A stretch of 62,094 nucleotides of DNA, the filler included, from Anaerolineae bacterium (lineage in GTDB: Bacteria > Chloroflexota > Anaerolineae > Epilineales > Epilineaceae): NCBI GenBank assembly GCA_029262755.1. It is 6 parts of 6 records of this genome, joined end to end, with 100 filler letters (N's around TTAATTAATTAA, not from the genome) between each part and the next. Parts side by side here need not be neighbours in the genome. Positions count along the whole stretch, not along the records: positions 1 to 5,099 come from JAJCYU010000257.1; positions 5,200 to 18,579 come from JAJCYU010000258.1; 4 more parts are not named here. One strand, 5' to 3'. The stretch's first letter is position 1. Each line of letters opens with the position of its first letter. Below, piece by piece: positions 1 through 10,946 of this stretch. A program made the position numbers and the translations under genes. The notes under the pieces are model-generated. The model was not told where the DNA came from and did no database searches. It was given only the letters and a program-made list of their open reading frames with translations.

Positions 1-459
1 CGGGGATACGCCAACGCCCACGCCCGGTAACGGTACCGGCGTCCCCGGCGGCGATACGCCGACACCCACGCCCGGTGACGGTACCGGCGTGCCCGGCGGC
101 GATACGCCTACGCCCACGCCCGGTAACGGTACCGGCGTGCCCGGCGGCGATACGCCTACGCCCACGCCCGGTAACGGTACCGGCGTCCCCGGCGGCGATA
201 CGCCTACGCCCACGCCCGGTGACGGTACCGGCGTGCCCGGCGGCGATACGCCGACGCCCACGCCCGGTGACGGTACCGGCGAGCCCGGCGGCGATACGCC
301 TACGCCCACGCCAGGTTACGGTACCGGCGTGCCCGGCGGTGATACGCCTACGCCCACGCCCGGTGACGGTACCGGCGTGCCCGGCGGCGATACGCCCACG
401 CCCACGCCCGGTGACGGGACCAGCGTGCCCGGCGGCGATACTCCGACGCCCACGCCCGA
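1..459 (+). repeat. 48-bp coding tandem repeat, about 9.5 units
   Basis: Unit close to cccggcggcgatacgccNacgcccacgcccggtgacggtaccggcgtg, with mostly synonymous variation. Confidence 0.95.
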
Positions 460-1486
460 CGGAACGCCGACGAGGAAGCCGGATGATGCGCGTACGCCGT
501 CTCCGACCTTGCCGCCCGGTGGCGCGGGGCCGTGCAACGCGAACTTGGGCGGGCACGTGTGGCGGGATCTGGACTTGGACGGGCTGCAGGAGCGCGGCGA
601 GCCCTATGTTGCGGGCATCCGCGTGTTGCTCCATCACGCCGACGGCGACGCGGTGTTTGAGCCGGAAAGCGACGATCCGCCGCTGGCCCTGCGTGTCACC
701 CTGACGGACGGCGCCTATGCGTTCACCAACCTCTGCGAAGGGACGTATCACCTGCGCGTCGATCCCGGCGCCCTAGGCGCGGACGGTCCGCTCTTCGGCT
801 GGAAAGCCACCGTGCAGGATGCGCAGATGAACGCGCGCGACGAAGAGGATTCCGATGCGGATCCGGGCACGCTCGCCACGATGGTCATCGACGCAAACCC
901 TGGCGACGTCGACTTCGGATGGGACTTTGGCTTCGTGCCGGATCCGGGCGCGTTCGCCACCGCGACCGCGGCGGCCGGTGACGCGACGGGTACACCGCGT
1001 AGCGCGAGCCCTACACCGGTCCCTGACCGTGCGACGGAGACGCCGCGCGGCGGTGGCGGTCCGCCGGGACGTGCAACGGCGACACCGCGCGGCGGTGGCG
1101 CAACGCCTGTGGCCACGGCAACACCGACCGAAGCGTGCGGCGCCTGTCGTGGCGGCGTGAGCCGGCTGCGCGTCCGCTATGTCGGACGCAGGGCCTCCCG
1201 GGTCAGCGTCGTTGCGGACAAGGGCAGCTGGCACGCGCGCACGTTGTTTGCGGGTTGGTTGCGGCCGGATGAACGCTTCGAGATCGAGGCACCGGAAGGC
1301 TGGGCGCTGGGGGGTCGGATCTCGTTCAAAGTGAACGGGTACACGGTCGCGGTCGTGGACGTGACCTGCGGACGGGAGATTGGACCTGGTTCCGTATTCG
1401 GCTCGGACTTCCGCGTTGAAGCGGGCCGATCGCGCGATGGAGGACGTCTGTGCCCTGTGCACGGGCGTGCCGGGCCGCTCCGCTAG
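2..1486 (+). CDS. 5'-truncated surface protein: 16-aa PGGDTPTPTPGDGTGV repeats, SdrD B-like domain, Thr/Pro linker, Cys-containing C-terminal domain
   Basis: Frame is open from base 2 (GDTPTPTPGNGTGV...). GHVWRDLDLDGLQERGEP...WDFGF is an SdrD B-like signature. The C-terminal module reads CRGGVSRLRVRY...TCGREIGPG...GGRLC. Confidence 0.8.
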   Translation, partial: GDTPTPTPGNGTGVPGGDTPTPTPGDGTGVPGGDTPTPTPGNGTGVPGGDTPTPTPGNGTGVPGGDTPTPTPGDGTGVPGGDTPTPTPGDGTGEPGGDTPTPTPGYGTGVPGGDTPTPTPGDGTGVPGGDTPTPTPGDGTSVPGGDTPTPTPDGTPTRKPDDARTPSPTLPPGGAGPCNANLGGHVWRDLDLDGLQERGEPYVAGIRVLLHHADGDAVFEPESDDPPLALRVTLTDGAYAFTNLCEGTYHLRVDPGALGADGPLFGWKATVQDAQMNARDEEDSDADPGTLATMVIDANPGDVDFGWDFGFVPDPGAFATATAAAGDATGTPRSASPTPVPDRATETPRGGGGPPGRATATPRGGGATPVATATPTEACGACRGGVSRLRVRYVGRRASRVSVVADKGSWHARTLFAGWLRPDERFEIEAPEGWALGGRISFKVNGYTVAVVDVTCGREIGPGSVFGSDFRVEAGRSRDGGRLCPVHGRAGPLR

Positions 1487-1514
1487 CGCAGTTACCTACT
1501 GTAAACTTAAGGGC

Positions 1515-1542
1515 TTGACTACGCGCCTCCCTCCGGTACACT
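1515..1542 (+). promoter_or_regulatory. sigma70-type promoter upstream of the second SdrD-B gene
   Basis: TTGACT (1515-1520), 16-bp spacer, TACACT (1537-1542), in an AT-enriched intergenic patch. Confidence 0.55.
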
Positions 1543-1772
1543 AGGGTTGTGTTTAGGAAAAAATAACCAGCGCCTTTTTCGGTCCCCCACCCTGCGAGGC
1601 CAGCATGACCCACCATCGTTCGTTGTCGCCCCCCCAGCTCGTCGGTGTTCGTTGTGACCCGGTACAACATGGTGTGACGAGCCGCTAAGGCCGCGCCTCG
1701 TTCATCGGCGGTTCCCTGCACCGCGCGGCCTCACCGCGCTCCGTCGTCCGATCGTCGCCCGACCGTCTCCTC

Positions 1773-4700
1773 ATGACGTCCCGGCTTCCGTACCCCGTTC
1801 GGCTAACGCGCCTCGCTTGGCGTATGGCCCTCGCCTTGGCTTTCGTTGCCTTGGTCGTAGTTCTGCGTCGCGGTGCGCCGGCCCTGCCCGCCAGCGCACA
1901 GACGATCCAGCCCTGCCCGGCGGCCTGCACGGGCTTCCCCGATGCGGATGAGGGCAGCGGCAAGTTCGTCTCCCTGACGCGTGGCCTCTCCAGCCTGGGC
2001 GACGCCACGCGGGTCTCCTTGGCCATCCGAGCAGCGGCGACGGCAGACGCGTTCACCCTCGAGCTCTTCGACGGTGACATGGGCGGCATGTGGGATCCCT
2101 TCGACATTCCGGACGCCGTGCCGGATCAGGTCGACTTTAGCCTGTACGCGGATCCCGAGTACACGGGCTCGGAAAGCCCTGCGCTGCGCATCGCATCGTG
2201 GCGCTCGCAAGACCTTCCAGACGATGCGTGGTTCTCCGCAACGATTTCCACAACCGCCGCAGCGCGGTCGGCGGACGGCCCCTACGTCTACAACTTCGTC
2301 GCCACGTGGCAGAGCACGGACCAGGAACACGAGCAGAACAACTTCAAGCTGCGAGCGACAGGCGACGTCATCGCACGGGGCGGCGCGGACTACGGGGTGA
2401 TCGGCTATGGCCCCGATGCCATCGACCCCTCCCGCTTCGGCCCGACGACCTACCAGGGTCGATGGAACTTCTTCCTACGGGTGCCGATGGCCGCGGACGA
2501 GTTCGTCGTATGGGACGGCGACTACGATCATTTCGCAGACACCGATGACGAGAATTCGCCGGGTTTCCCCCCCTTCTCCTTTTCAGCAAGCACCCAAGAA
2601 GAGGGTGCCAATCCGGGCATTCCTGCCGATGACACGGGCCCAGGCAGCCCCTTGCGCCTACCCCCGGACGTTCGCTATGCCGTGATCGCGCCCGACGGCA
2701 GCTGGCGTGCGGAGAACCTGCAACCCAGCGGCAATCGCGAATGGGAGCAGTTTGTCGTCGCCACGGACGCGAGCTCTGCTCCGGACGTGCTCGTCGACGA
2801 GATTCCCGCAGGGCTCTATCGCTGGTCGATCGACGGGGTCGACGCCCGCAATACCCTCTACATTCACGCCGAGTTCGACCTCTTGGGTGAGATTCCCGGC
2901 TCGATTGGGGACTTCGTGTGGCTCGATCTCAACGTCGACGGTGTGCAGGACCCCGGCGAACCGGGGCTGTCCGGCGTGACCGTCGAGCTCGTCTCCGCCG
3001 GGCCGGACAACCTATTCGGAACCACGGACGACTTCGTTTGGCCCGTGCAGATCACGGATGCCGACGGCCTCTACCGCTTCCACGACGTGCTACCCGGGCG
3101 GCACCGCGTCGAGGTCCTGCGCTCCACCTTGCCGATCACGCTGGACCCGGACCCGACGACGGACAATCTGCCCCTCGAGCTCGACCTCTTGCCCGGACAG
3201 TCCATCGACGACGCCGACTTCGGCTTCGCGCTGCGGCCACCCACGGCAACCACGACGCCAACGGCTTCGGCCACACCGACGCGAACCGCTACGGCCACCG
3301 CAACGCCGACGGCAACGTCGACCGCCACACCGACCGCGACGGCAACCACCACGCCGCCACGGCCCGCGACCGCAACGTCGACTGCGACTTCCACGCCGTC
3401 GCGGACAGCAACCACGACTCCAACGGCCACCGTCACATCCACGCAGACGCCGACCGCAACGAGCACCGCGACATCGACCCGCACGACGACGACAACGGCG
3501 ACGGCGACGCGAGCGCCGACGCGGACCCCAACGGCCACAGCCACGTCGACCCCAACGGCAACGGCGACCGCCAGCGGCACACCGACGCACACGGCGACCG
3601 CCACTTCGACGTCCAGCGCGACCGCCTCGCGGACGGCAACCGCGACGTCGACGGCAACTCGGACGACCACGCCGACGACCACGCGAACGCCAACCGCCAC
3701 GGCCACAGCGATCCCGACCCACACCGCGACCGCGACGCGGACGGTACCGGCGACGGCGACCCGTACCGCGACGTCCACGGCGAGCGCCACAGCGTCGCCC
3801 AATCCCTCCGTCACGTCCTCACCGACCGGCACCGCGAGCGCCACGGCTACCGCGAGCGCCACGGCCACGGCCTCTGCGACGACGACGCCCTTGCCGGGGA
3901 CGATCGGCGACCTGGTGTGGCTCGACATGGATCGCGATGGGCTGCGTGATGTGGGCGAGCCGGGATTGTCCGGCGTCATGGTCCGGTTGCAGGATCGAGG
4001 CTCGGCCCCCCTGATCGGAAGAGCCGTGTCGGACATGGGCAACCTACCGAGCAACGGCGCGGGCATCTATCGCTTCCGCGATCTGCCGCCCGGCCGGTAT
4101 CGGGTCGAGCTTGATCTCGAGACCCTCCCCCCGGACGTCGAGCGGGAACCCACGACCCGCAATTTGCCCTTCGATCTCGTGCTCGGACAGGGCGAGGACT
4201 TCGACGACGCCGACTTCGGCTTCGCCCTGCGTCGAATCGTGCCCAGCGGTGGATCGATCGGCGACCTCATATGGCGCGACGAAAACCGCAACGGCGTACG
4301 CGAGCTCACAGAGCCCGGCCTTCCCGATGTGCGCGTCTTGTTGGTCGGCACCGGACCGGACGGCCGCCTCGACACGCCGGACGACATCCTGCTCCCCGAG
4401 CGGATCACGGATGCCGACGGCCTGTACGCGTTCACAGAGCTCGGTCCCGGCATCTACCGGGTCGTGGTAGACACCCGCACGCTCCCTGGCGACGTCGATC
4501 CCGCTCCAACCACGCGCAACCAGCCACTGCTGGTGGTCCTCCAACGCAACCAGCACTTCGATGAGGCGGACTTCGGCTACGCCGCGCCACCGCTTGAGCC
4601 ACCACCCGGCCCTTCCGCCACGGCAACCTTGCTCGGACGCCGCACCCGCACCCCCACGCCCGGTAGCGGAACCGGCGTGCCCGGCGGCGATACGCCGACA

Positions 4701-5099
4701 CCCACACCCGGTGACGGTACCGGCGTGCCCGGCGGCGATACGCCGACACCCACGCCCGGTGACGGTACCGGCGTACCCGGCGGCGATACGCCTACCCCGA
4801 CGCCCGGTGACGGTACTGGCGTCCCCGGCGGTGATACGCCGACACCCACGCCCGGCGACGGCACCGGCGTACCCGGCGGCGATACGCCTACACCCACGCC
4901 CGGTGATGGCACCGGCGTGCCCGGCGGCGATACGCCGACGCCGACGCCCGGTGACGGTACCGGCGTCCCCGGCGGTGATACGCCGACGCCGACGCCCGGT
5001 GACGGTACCGGCGTGCCCGGCGGCGATACGCCTACGCCAACGCCCGGAGACGGAACCGGCGTGCCCGGCGGTGATACGCCTACACCCACGCCCGGCGAC
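1773..5099 (+). CDS. 3'-truncated secreted surface protein: signal peptide, acidic N-domain, three SdrD B-like domains, long Thr/Ala linker, 16-aa repeats
   Basis: N-terminal hydrophobic signal ending ASA-Q. Three copies of IGD(F/L)(V/I)W.D.(N/D).(D/N)G...EPGL...DADFG(F/Y)-like modules. Runs into the spacer. Confidence 0.85.
4650..5099 (+). repeat. 48-bp coding tandem repeat, about 9 units, same unit as 1-459
   Basis: Direct inspection; encodes PGGDTPTPTPGDGTGV. Confidence 0.95.
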
Positions 5100-5199
5100 N
5101 NNNNNNNNNNNNNNNNNNNNNNNNNNNNNNNNNNNNNNNNNNNTTAATTAATTAANNNNNNNNNNNNNNNNNNNNNNNNNNNNNNNNNNNNNNNNNNNN
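5100..5199. other. Artificial contig spacer
   Basis: N-run, TTAATTAATTAA (stops in all six frames), N-run. Confidence 0.99.
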
Positions 5200-7553
5200 G
5201 CCGCGACGTCCTGGGCGGCGGCGCGGCCGCGGCCGCCAAGCTCGTCATGGGCAGGACGGCGACCGGCGACCATCCCGCGGCAGCGGCGTCGTCGGCCGCA
5301 TCGCAGCGCCCGTCGACCGCCGCACTCTCCCGACTAGCGCTCGACACGACATCCATCGCCGCAAGCCCCTTCGATGCGCTTCCGCCGAGCACGGCCGACG
5401 CGCTCGAGGTCGCGAACGGCCACGTCGCCGACGTCCTCGTGCGCTGGGGCGACCCAGTCCTGCCGGGCGCTCCGGCCTTCGATCCCGCCGCGCAGACGCC
5501 GTCAGCCCAGGCCTCCCAATTCGGCTACAACTGCGATTTCCTCGCCTTCGTCGCGGACGATGCGGAGAACGCAGACGGCATCGAGTCCGCGCGCGACCCT
5601 GCCTCGGGCCTTCTCGTGGTCAACCACGAGTACTGCAACCCGGAGCTGATGTTTCCCGCGTACAACCCGGCCGCGCCCACGGCGGAGCAAGTGGCCATTC
5701 AGCGAGCGGCGCACGGCCTCACGGTCGTCGCGATCGAGCGCGACGGCGCGGACGGCGCGTGGCGGACGCGGCCGGACGCGCCCTTGAACCGTCGCATCAC
5801 GGCCGACACACCGATGGAGATCTCCGGCCCGGCCGCCGGCAGCCCGCTATTGCGCACGGGCGCCGATCCCGCCGGCCGACGCGTCCTCGGCACGCTCAAC
5901 AACTGCGCGGGCGGGCACACGCCCTGGGGCACCGTGCTGAGCGCCGAAGAGAACACGCACCTCTACTTCGGCGGCATCGACCGTCTGCCGGCCAGTGATC
6001 CGCGCACCGCGGACCACCGTCGCTACGGCGTCGCCGCCCGCTCCGCGTGGGGCTGGGAACGGCACGATCCGCGCTTCGACGTCGGCCGCGAGCCCAACGA
6101 GCCGCACCGCTTCGGCTGGATCGTCGAGCTCGATCCGCAGGACCCGACGGCCGCGCCCGTCAAGCGCACCGCCCTCGGCCGCTTCCGCCACGAGGGCGCC
6201 GCGACCACGGTGTCGACCCAAGGGCGGCTCGTCGTCTACTCGGGCGACGATGCGCTCTTCGAATACGCCTACAAGTACGTCTCGCACGGATCGTGGCGCG
6301 CAGGAGATCGCGACCGCCGGCCCTCGCTGCTGGACGAGGGCACGCTCTACGTGGCGCGCTTCGACGACGACGGGACCGGAGTCTGGCTGCCGCTCGTCCA
6401 CGGCGCGGGCCCGCTCACGGCAGCCAACGGCTTCCCCTCCCAGGCCGAGGTCCTCGTGCGCACGCGGCAGGCCGCCGACCTGCTCGGCGCAACCAAGATG
6501 GACCGGCCGGAGGACATCGAGGTCAGCCCCGCGACCGGGCGGGTCTACCTCGTGCTCACGAACAACCCCGAGCGCGGCGCCGCCGGCCAGCCAGCTCCGG
6601 ACGCCGCGAACCCACGGTCGCCCAACCCCTACGGTCATGTACTGGAACTGCGCGAGGCGGACGATGACCACGCCGCGACATCTTTCTCGTGGGAGGTCCT
6701 GCTGCTGTGCGGTGACCCGCGCGACCCGTCCACCTACTACGCCGGCTACCCCAAGGATCAAGTGAGCGCCATCGCCGCGCCGGACAACCTGACCTTCGAC
6801 CACGCGGGCAATCTCTGGCTCGCGACCGACGGCCAACCGGTGGTCCTCGGCGCCAACGACAGCCTCTACCGCGTGCCCGTCAGCGGCCCCGAGCGCGGCG
6901 CCGCTCGCCGCTTCCTGAACGCGGTGCCGGGCGCCGAGGTCTGCGGCCCGGTCTTCACCGCGGACCAACGCACGCTCTTCGTTGCAATCCAACATCCGGG
7001 CGAGCGCAGCACCCTCGCCGCCCCCAGCACACGCTGGCCGGACGGCGCGGGCCCGCCTCGCCCGAGCGTCGTCGCGATCCGCCACGCCCAGGGCGGCGCG
7101 GTGGGCTACAAGGAGCCGGTGGCGATCGCCACGGGACCGACGAGCGCGCCGGCCGGGGTAGCGACGGCGACGGTGTCGGCGGTGGCTGCGAATTCGGACC
7201 ATGGATCGACCGCGAGACCCGGATCGATGGTGGCGCCGTCGTCGAGCCCGAGGTCGATGTCCTCGCCGTCAGCCGCATCCGCGACCGCGTCCACTGCACC
7301 TGGGACATCGGCGACCGAAAACCGTTCGGCGACACGCGGGGCGACACGCGTGGTGACCCCGGGCGATGAACGCGATGCGCGGTCACCGGAGGTCGTCGAT
7401 CGCGACCCGGGTCCGCGCACCGGCGGCCGCGTCGCGCTGCTCGTCGGCGTCGGCGCGGCTGCCACGGCCGCGCTGCTGCGCCTCCGCGGGCGCGTGACCG
7501 GCGAGCGGAGAGCGGAGGGCGAGGATGAAGAGTCGGGCGAGCAGGAGAAGTAA
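5200..7553 (+). CDS. phoX: PhoX-family alkaline phosphatase, 5'-partial, with likely Tat signal and C-terminal membrane anchor
   Basis: Motifs FGYNCDF, LVVNHEY, GTLNNCAGGHTPWGTVLSAEEN, GRFRHE, MDRPED, PDNL, GAEVCGP, IQHPGE. The frame extends upstream to (R)RDVLGGGAAAAA at the fragment edge. Confidence 0.9.
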
Positions 7554-7689
7554 GACGAGGAGGCGTGCTGTGGCGAGTACTGAACACGCGCTGCCCGACG
7601 GCTCGTTGCGTGACGATGTCGCACGTTCTGCTTCGACCCCCCTCGTCAAGCGTCAAGCGTCGAGCTAGACGCTACCCCTACCCCCTCCG

Positions 7690-8121
7690 CTACGCTCTAC
7701 CACCGAGCTCCGCGAGCAGCCCACGCACCCGCCGCTCGATCTCATCGCGTACGAGCCGAACGGCGGCGACGTCCTTGCCGGCCGGGTCGTCGAGGACCCA
7801 GTCGACGTAGCGTTTTCCGGGGAAAACCGGGCAGGCGTCGCCGCAGCCCATGGTGACGACTACGTCCGCGGCTCGTGCATCGGCATCGGTCCAAGGTCGG
7901 GGCTTCGCGCTTACGATATCGATACCGCGCTCGGCCATCGCAGCCACCGCCGCCGGGTTTACGACATCGGTGGGCTCGGATCCGCCGCTGCGCACCTCGA
8001 CGGCCTCGCCCGCCAGGTGACGCATCCAACCGGCCGCCATCTGCGAGCGTCCTGCATTGTGCACGCACAGGAAGAGCACGGTCGGTCGGGTGGTGATCGA
8101 AGGCCGCGATGTTGCGGACAT
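7690..8121 (-). CDS. arsC: Arsenate reductase / LMW protein-tyrosine-phosphatase family
   Basis: VLFLCVHNAGRSQMA, VVTMGCGDACP, DWVLDDPAG; start taken at MSATSR. Confidence 0.9.
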   Translation of the reverse strand: MSATSRPSITTRPTVLFLCVHNAGRSQMAAGWMRHLAGEAVEVRSGGSEPTDVVNPAAVAAMAERGIDIVSAKPRPWTDADARAADVVVTMGCGDACPVFPGKRYVDWVLDDPAGKDVAAVRLVRDEIERRVRGLLAELGGRA

Positions 8122-8550
8122 AGGCATCGTCCAGGGTGGCGCGGTACTCGGCTCGTCGGTGCTGTCGTCTCGATCGTAGCAGCAACGATCGTCGCCCGTC
8201 ATGACGAGCGTGTCGAGAGCACAGTTCGGGCATTGCACCCACCTTCGCAGCACCTGCTATCCACGCTCCTCCTAGATCCCTGGCCCCGCCGTGCCCCACG
8301 CTCCGCCCGTGCTCCGCTGGCTCCCCGCCAGCGGCCCGTCCGCGTCTCGCCGCGCCTCGGCCCATAGCCCGTCCGCTTCACGCCAGCGCCCCGTCCGCCA
8401 GCCGTCCGGTGGTCCCGCCCCACCGTCGACCCGACGGCGTTCGAAGGCACCGACCTTGGCACGGCCCTTGCACCGTTCTCAGCGAGCTCTCACAAGCGGC
8501 CGGCCGCTCCGCAACAACAACCCACAGCATCAGACCGAGGAGCGAGCCAC

Positions 8551-10809
8551 ATGTCCGACCTCCTGCCCGGCGTGCGTCCCGACGCCATTCCCGGTGCCGT
8601 CGCCGACACCTACACCGACCCTATCGTCGATCCTTCCACCGCCACCGGCACCGTCACCGCCGCTGCCGGCGCCAACGGCGCCAACGCCCTTTCCGTGGCC
8701 CCAGCGTTGACCCGCACCCAGCTCCTTCCGCCGCGCTTCGCCCCGCGTCTGCTCCTCACCCTGGGCCTCGCGATCCTCCTCGCGGCGACCGTCGCTTGCA
8801 ATCGCTCGGCCGAAGAGCCGGAGGCCGTGGCGCCCGCGCCGCGCGCAACCATGGCGGTCCAGAGCATCGCGGCGCCCGCCGTCGACTTGAGTTCGGGACC
8901 GTTCGGACCGCCGGCGCCGGTCGACAAGCTCGCCGTGAAGCCGGACATTCCCCATACCGCGACCGCGCTCTTCCTTCAGATGCAGGCTACGCCGCCCCCG
9001 TCCCGCCCCGCGACGGGTGGCGGAGAAGCCGGCGAGCGCGCGGAAGGCGCACCGGCGGCGCCGCTACCACTGCCGTTGATGGGCGGTGGCCCGGGTATCG
9101 CGGCCACGCCCGTACCGCTCGCGCCCGCGACCGGCGGCGGTGGACCGCCTGCGTCCGATTCGGCGGAGTACGGCTATCAGGGGCGCTCGAGCCGCTTTGC
9201 CCCCCCGACCCCCGGCCTCCCGCCCGATCTGGCGGCGACCGCGACGGCCCTCGCCTACGGCTCGTCCCAACCCGCGGCCCCATTCGGGCGCGAAGACTAC
9301 GGCCGCATCATCCCCAACGTCTTTCACGACCCCGGCCTCGAACCGCTCTCGACGCTGTCCATCGACGTCGACACGGCCGCCTATTCCAACGTGCGCCGGA
9401 TGATCGAGGACGGGAACTGGCCGCCGGCCGACGCGGTGCGCATCGAGGAGTTCGTCAACTACTTCAGCTACGCAGATCCGTTGCCCGATCCAAGCACGGG
9501 CGTGCCCTTCGGCGTGCGCGTCGAGGTTGCCGGCCATCCGTGGGCGCCCGAGCGGCGTCTCGTACGTCTCGGGATCCGCGGTCGCGAGATCGAGCGCAGG
9601 CACCGGCCGGCGGTCAACCTCGTCTTTCTGGTCGATGTGTCCGGCTCGATGTCCTCGCCCGACAAGCTGCCGCTCGTGCGCGAGTCGTTGCGCATGCTGA
9701 CCTATCAGCTCCGTGCCGACGACCGGGTGGCGATCGTCACCTACGCCGGCAATGCGCGAACGGTGCTCGGCTCGACCCCCGGGGACCACAAACAGATGAT
9801 TCTGGGGGCCATCGACCAGCTGACGCCGGGCGGCGGTACGAACGGCGCTGCGGGCATCGTCACGGCCTACGAGAAGGCACGCGAAGGCTTCCTTGATGGC
9901 GGCGTGAACCGGGTGGTGCTTGCCACCGACGGCGACTTCAACGTCGGCCTGACCAGCACTCCGACCCTGACGGATTTTGTGGCGGAACAGGCGGCCGAAG
10001 GCATCGCGCTCACCGCCGTGGGCTACGGCATGGGCAATCTCCAGGACGATCGCCTCGAGAGTCTGTCCAACCGCGGCGACGGGAACTACGCCTACATCGA
10101 CTCGCTGGAGGAAGCGAGCAAGGTCTTCGTCGACCAGGTCACCGCCACCCTCGTCACGATCGCCCGCGACGTAAAGTTGCAGGTGGAGTTCAACCCGGCC
10201 GAGGTGGGCGCCTACCGCCTCCTCGGCTACGAGAACCGCTTGCTCGCGCCACAGGACTTCAACGACGACACCGTCGACGCGGGCGAGGTCGGCGCCGGAC
10301 ACACGCTGACCGTGCTCTACGAGATCGCGCCGCCGGGCGTATCGCTCGACGATCCCGCGGTCGACGACGGCGCGGAACGCCCGCTCCATGGCGGGACCGG
10401 CGCGGACGATCCTGACGGGCGCCCGGCGGTCGACCCGCTGCGCTACCAGGACCGTATCGCCCTGACGGAGCACGCGGAGCGTGGGGAGCTGCTCAGCGTG
10501 AAGGTGCGCTGGAAGGAGCCCGAGAACGAGAACAGCGCGTTGCTCACCGTACCCGTCTTCGACCACGATCTCGACTTCGCGGAGGCCTCCGACGACCTGC
10601 GCTTCGCAGCGGCCGTCGCGGCCTTCGGGCTGGCGCTACGCGAGGCTGAGTCCGATGCCGCAATCGAGCTGTCGGCGGTGCTGCGCATGGCGCGCGGCGC
10701 CATCGGGCTCGACCCGGGCGGCTACCGCACCGACTTCGTCTCGCTGGCCGAGCAAGCCCTGCTGCTGCAAGAGCGGCGCTCGCGTATCGGCATGCTCAGC
10801 CGGCCCTGA
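8551..10809 (+). CDS. vWA-domain lipoprotein, YfbK/DUF3520 type
   Basis: STLSIDVDTAAY, AVRIEEFVNYF, MIDAS DVSGSMS, LATDGDFNVG, YRLLGYENR, DAGEVGAGH; lipobox-like TVAC. Start uncertain. Confidence 0.88.
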   Translation: MSDLLPGVRPDAIPGAVADTYTDPIVDPSTATGTVTAAAGANGANALSVAPALTRTQLLPPRFAPRLLLTLGLAILLAATVACNRSAEEPEAVAPAPRATMAVQSIAAPAVDLSSGPFGPPAPVDKLAVKPDIPHTATALFLQMQATPPPSRPATGGGEAGERAEGAPAAPLPLPLMGGGPGIAATPVPLAPATGGGGPPASDSAEYGYQGRSSRFAPPTPGLPPDLAATATALAYGSSQPAAPFGREDYGRIIPNVFHDPGLEPLSTLSIDVDTAAYSNVRRMIEDGNWPPADAVRIEEFVNYFSYADPLPDPSTGVPFGVRVEVAGHPWAPERRLVRLGIRGREIERRHRPAVNLVFLVDVSGSMSSPDKLPLVRESLRMLTYQLRADDRVAIVTYAGNARTVLGSTPGDHKQMILGAIDQLTPGGGTNGAAGIVTAYEKAREGFLDGGVNRVVLATDGDFNVGLTSTPTLTDFVAEQAAEGIALTAVGYGMGNLQDDRLESLSNRGDGNYAYIDSLEEASKVFVDQVTATLVTIARDVKLQVEFNPAEVGAYRLLGYENRLLAPQDFNDDTVDAGEVGAGHTLTVLYEIAPPGVSLDDPAVDDGAERPLHGGTGADDPDGRPAVDPLRYQDRIALTEHAERGELLSVKVRWKEPENENSALLTVPVFDHDLDFAEASDDLRFAAAVAAFGLALREAESDAAIELSAVLRMARGAIGLDPGGYRTDFVSLAEQALLLQERRSRIGMLSRP

Positions 10810-10834
10810 TCCGACTCTCTTCCTGGGGGCGCAT

Positions 10835-10872
10835 GGCGAAGGGGGCGGGCCGCAAGGCCCGCCCCCTTCGCC
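10835..10872. terminator. Perfect 17-bp hairpin between convergent genes
   Basis: ggcgaagggggcgggcc-GCAA-ggcccgcccccttcgcc. Confidence 0.8.
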
Positions 10873-10946
10873 TATTCGGGCCGCCACTACCCGAGGAACA
10901 ATCGTCTGTAGAGCGGCCAGCCGCCTGTCTTCCGGCGAGCAGCCCG

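Noticed and set aside
1..459. 48-bp repeats as a CRISPR array
   Set aside because: No unique spacers, units are in frame with mostly synonymous variation, and no cas genes are present.
3240..3890. Thr/Ala-rich region as a separate DNA repeat element
   Set aside because: A degenerate coding linker with no fixed nucleotide unit.
5144..5155. Repeated TTAATTAATTAA palindrome as a biological motif
   Set aside because: Always centred in 100-bp N spacers; it is an artificial linker.
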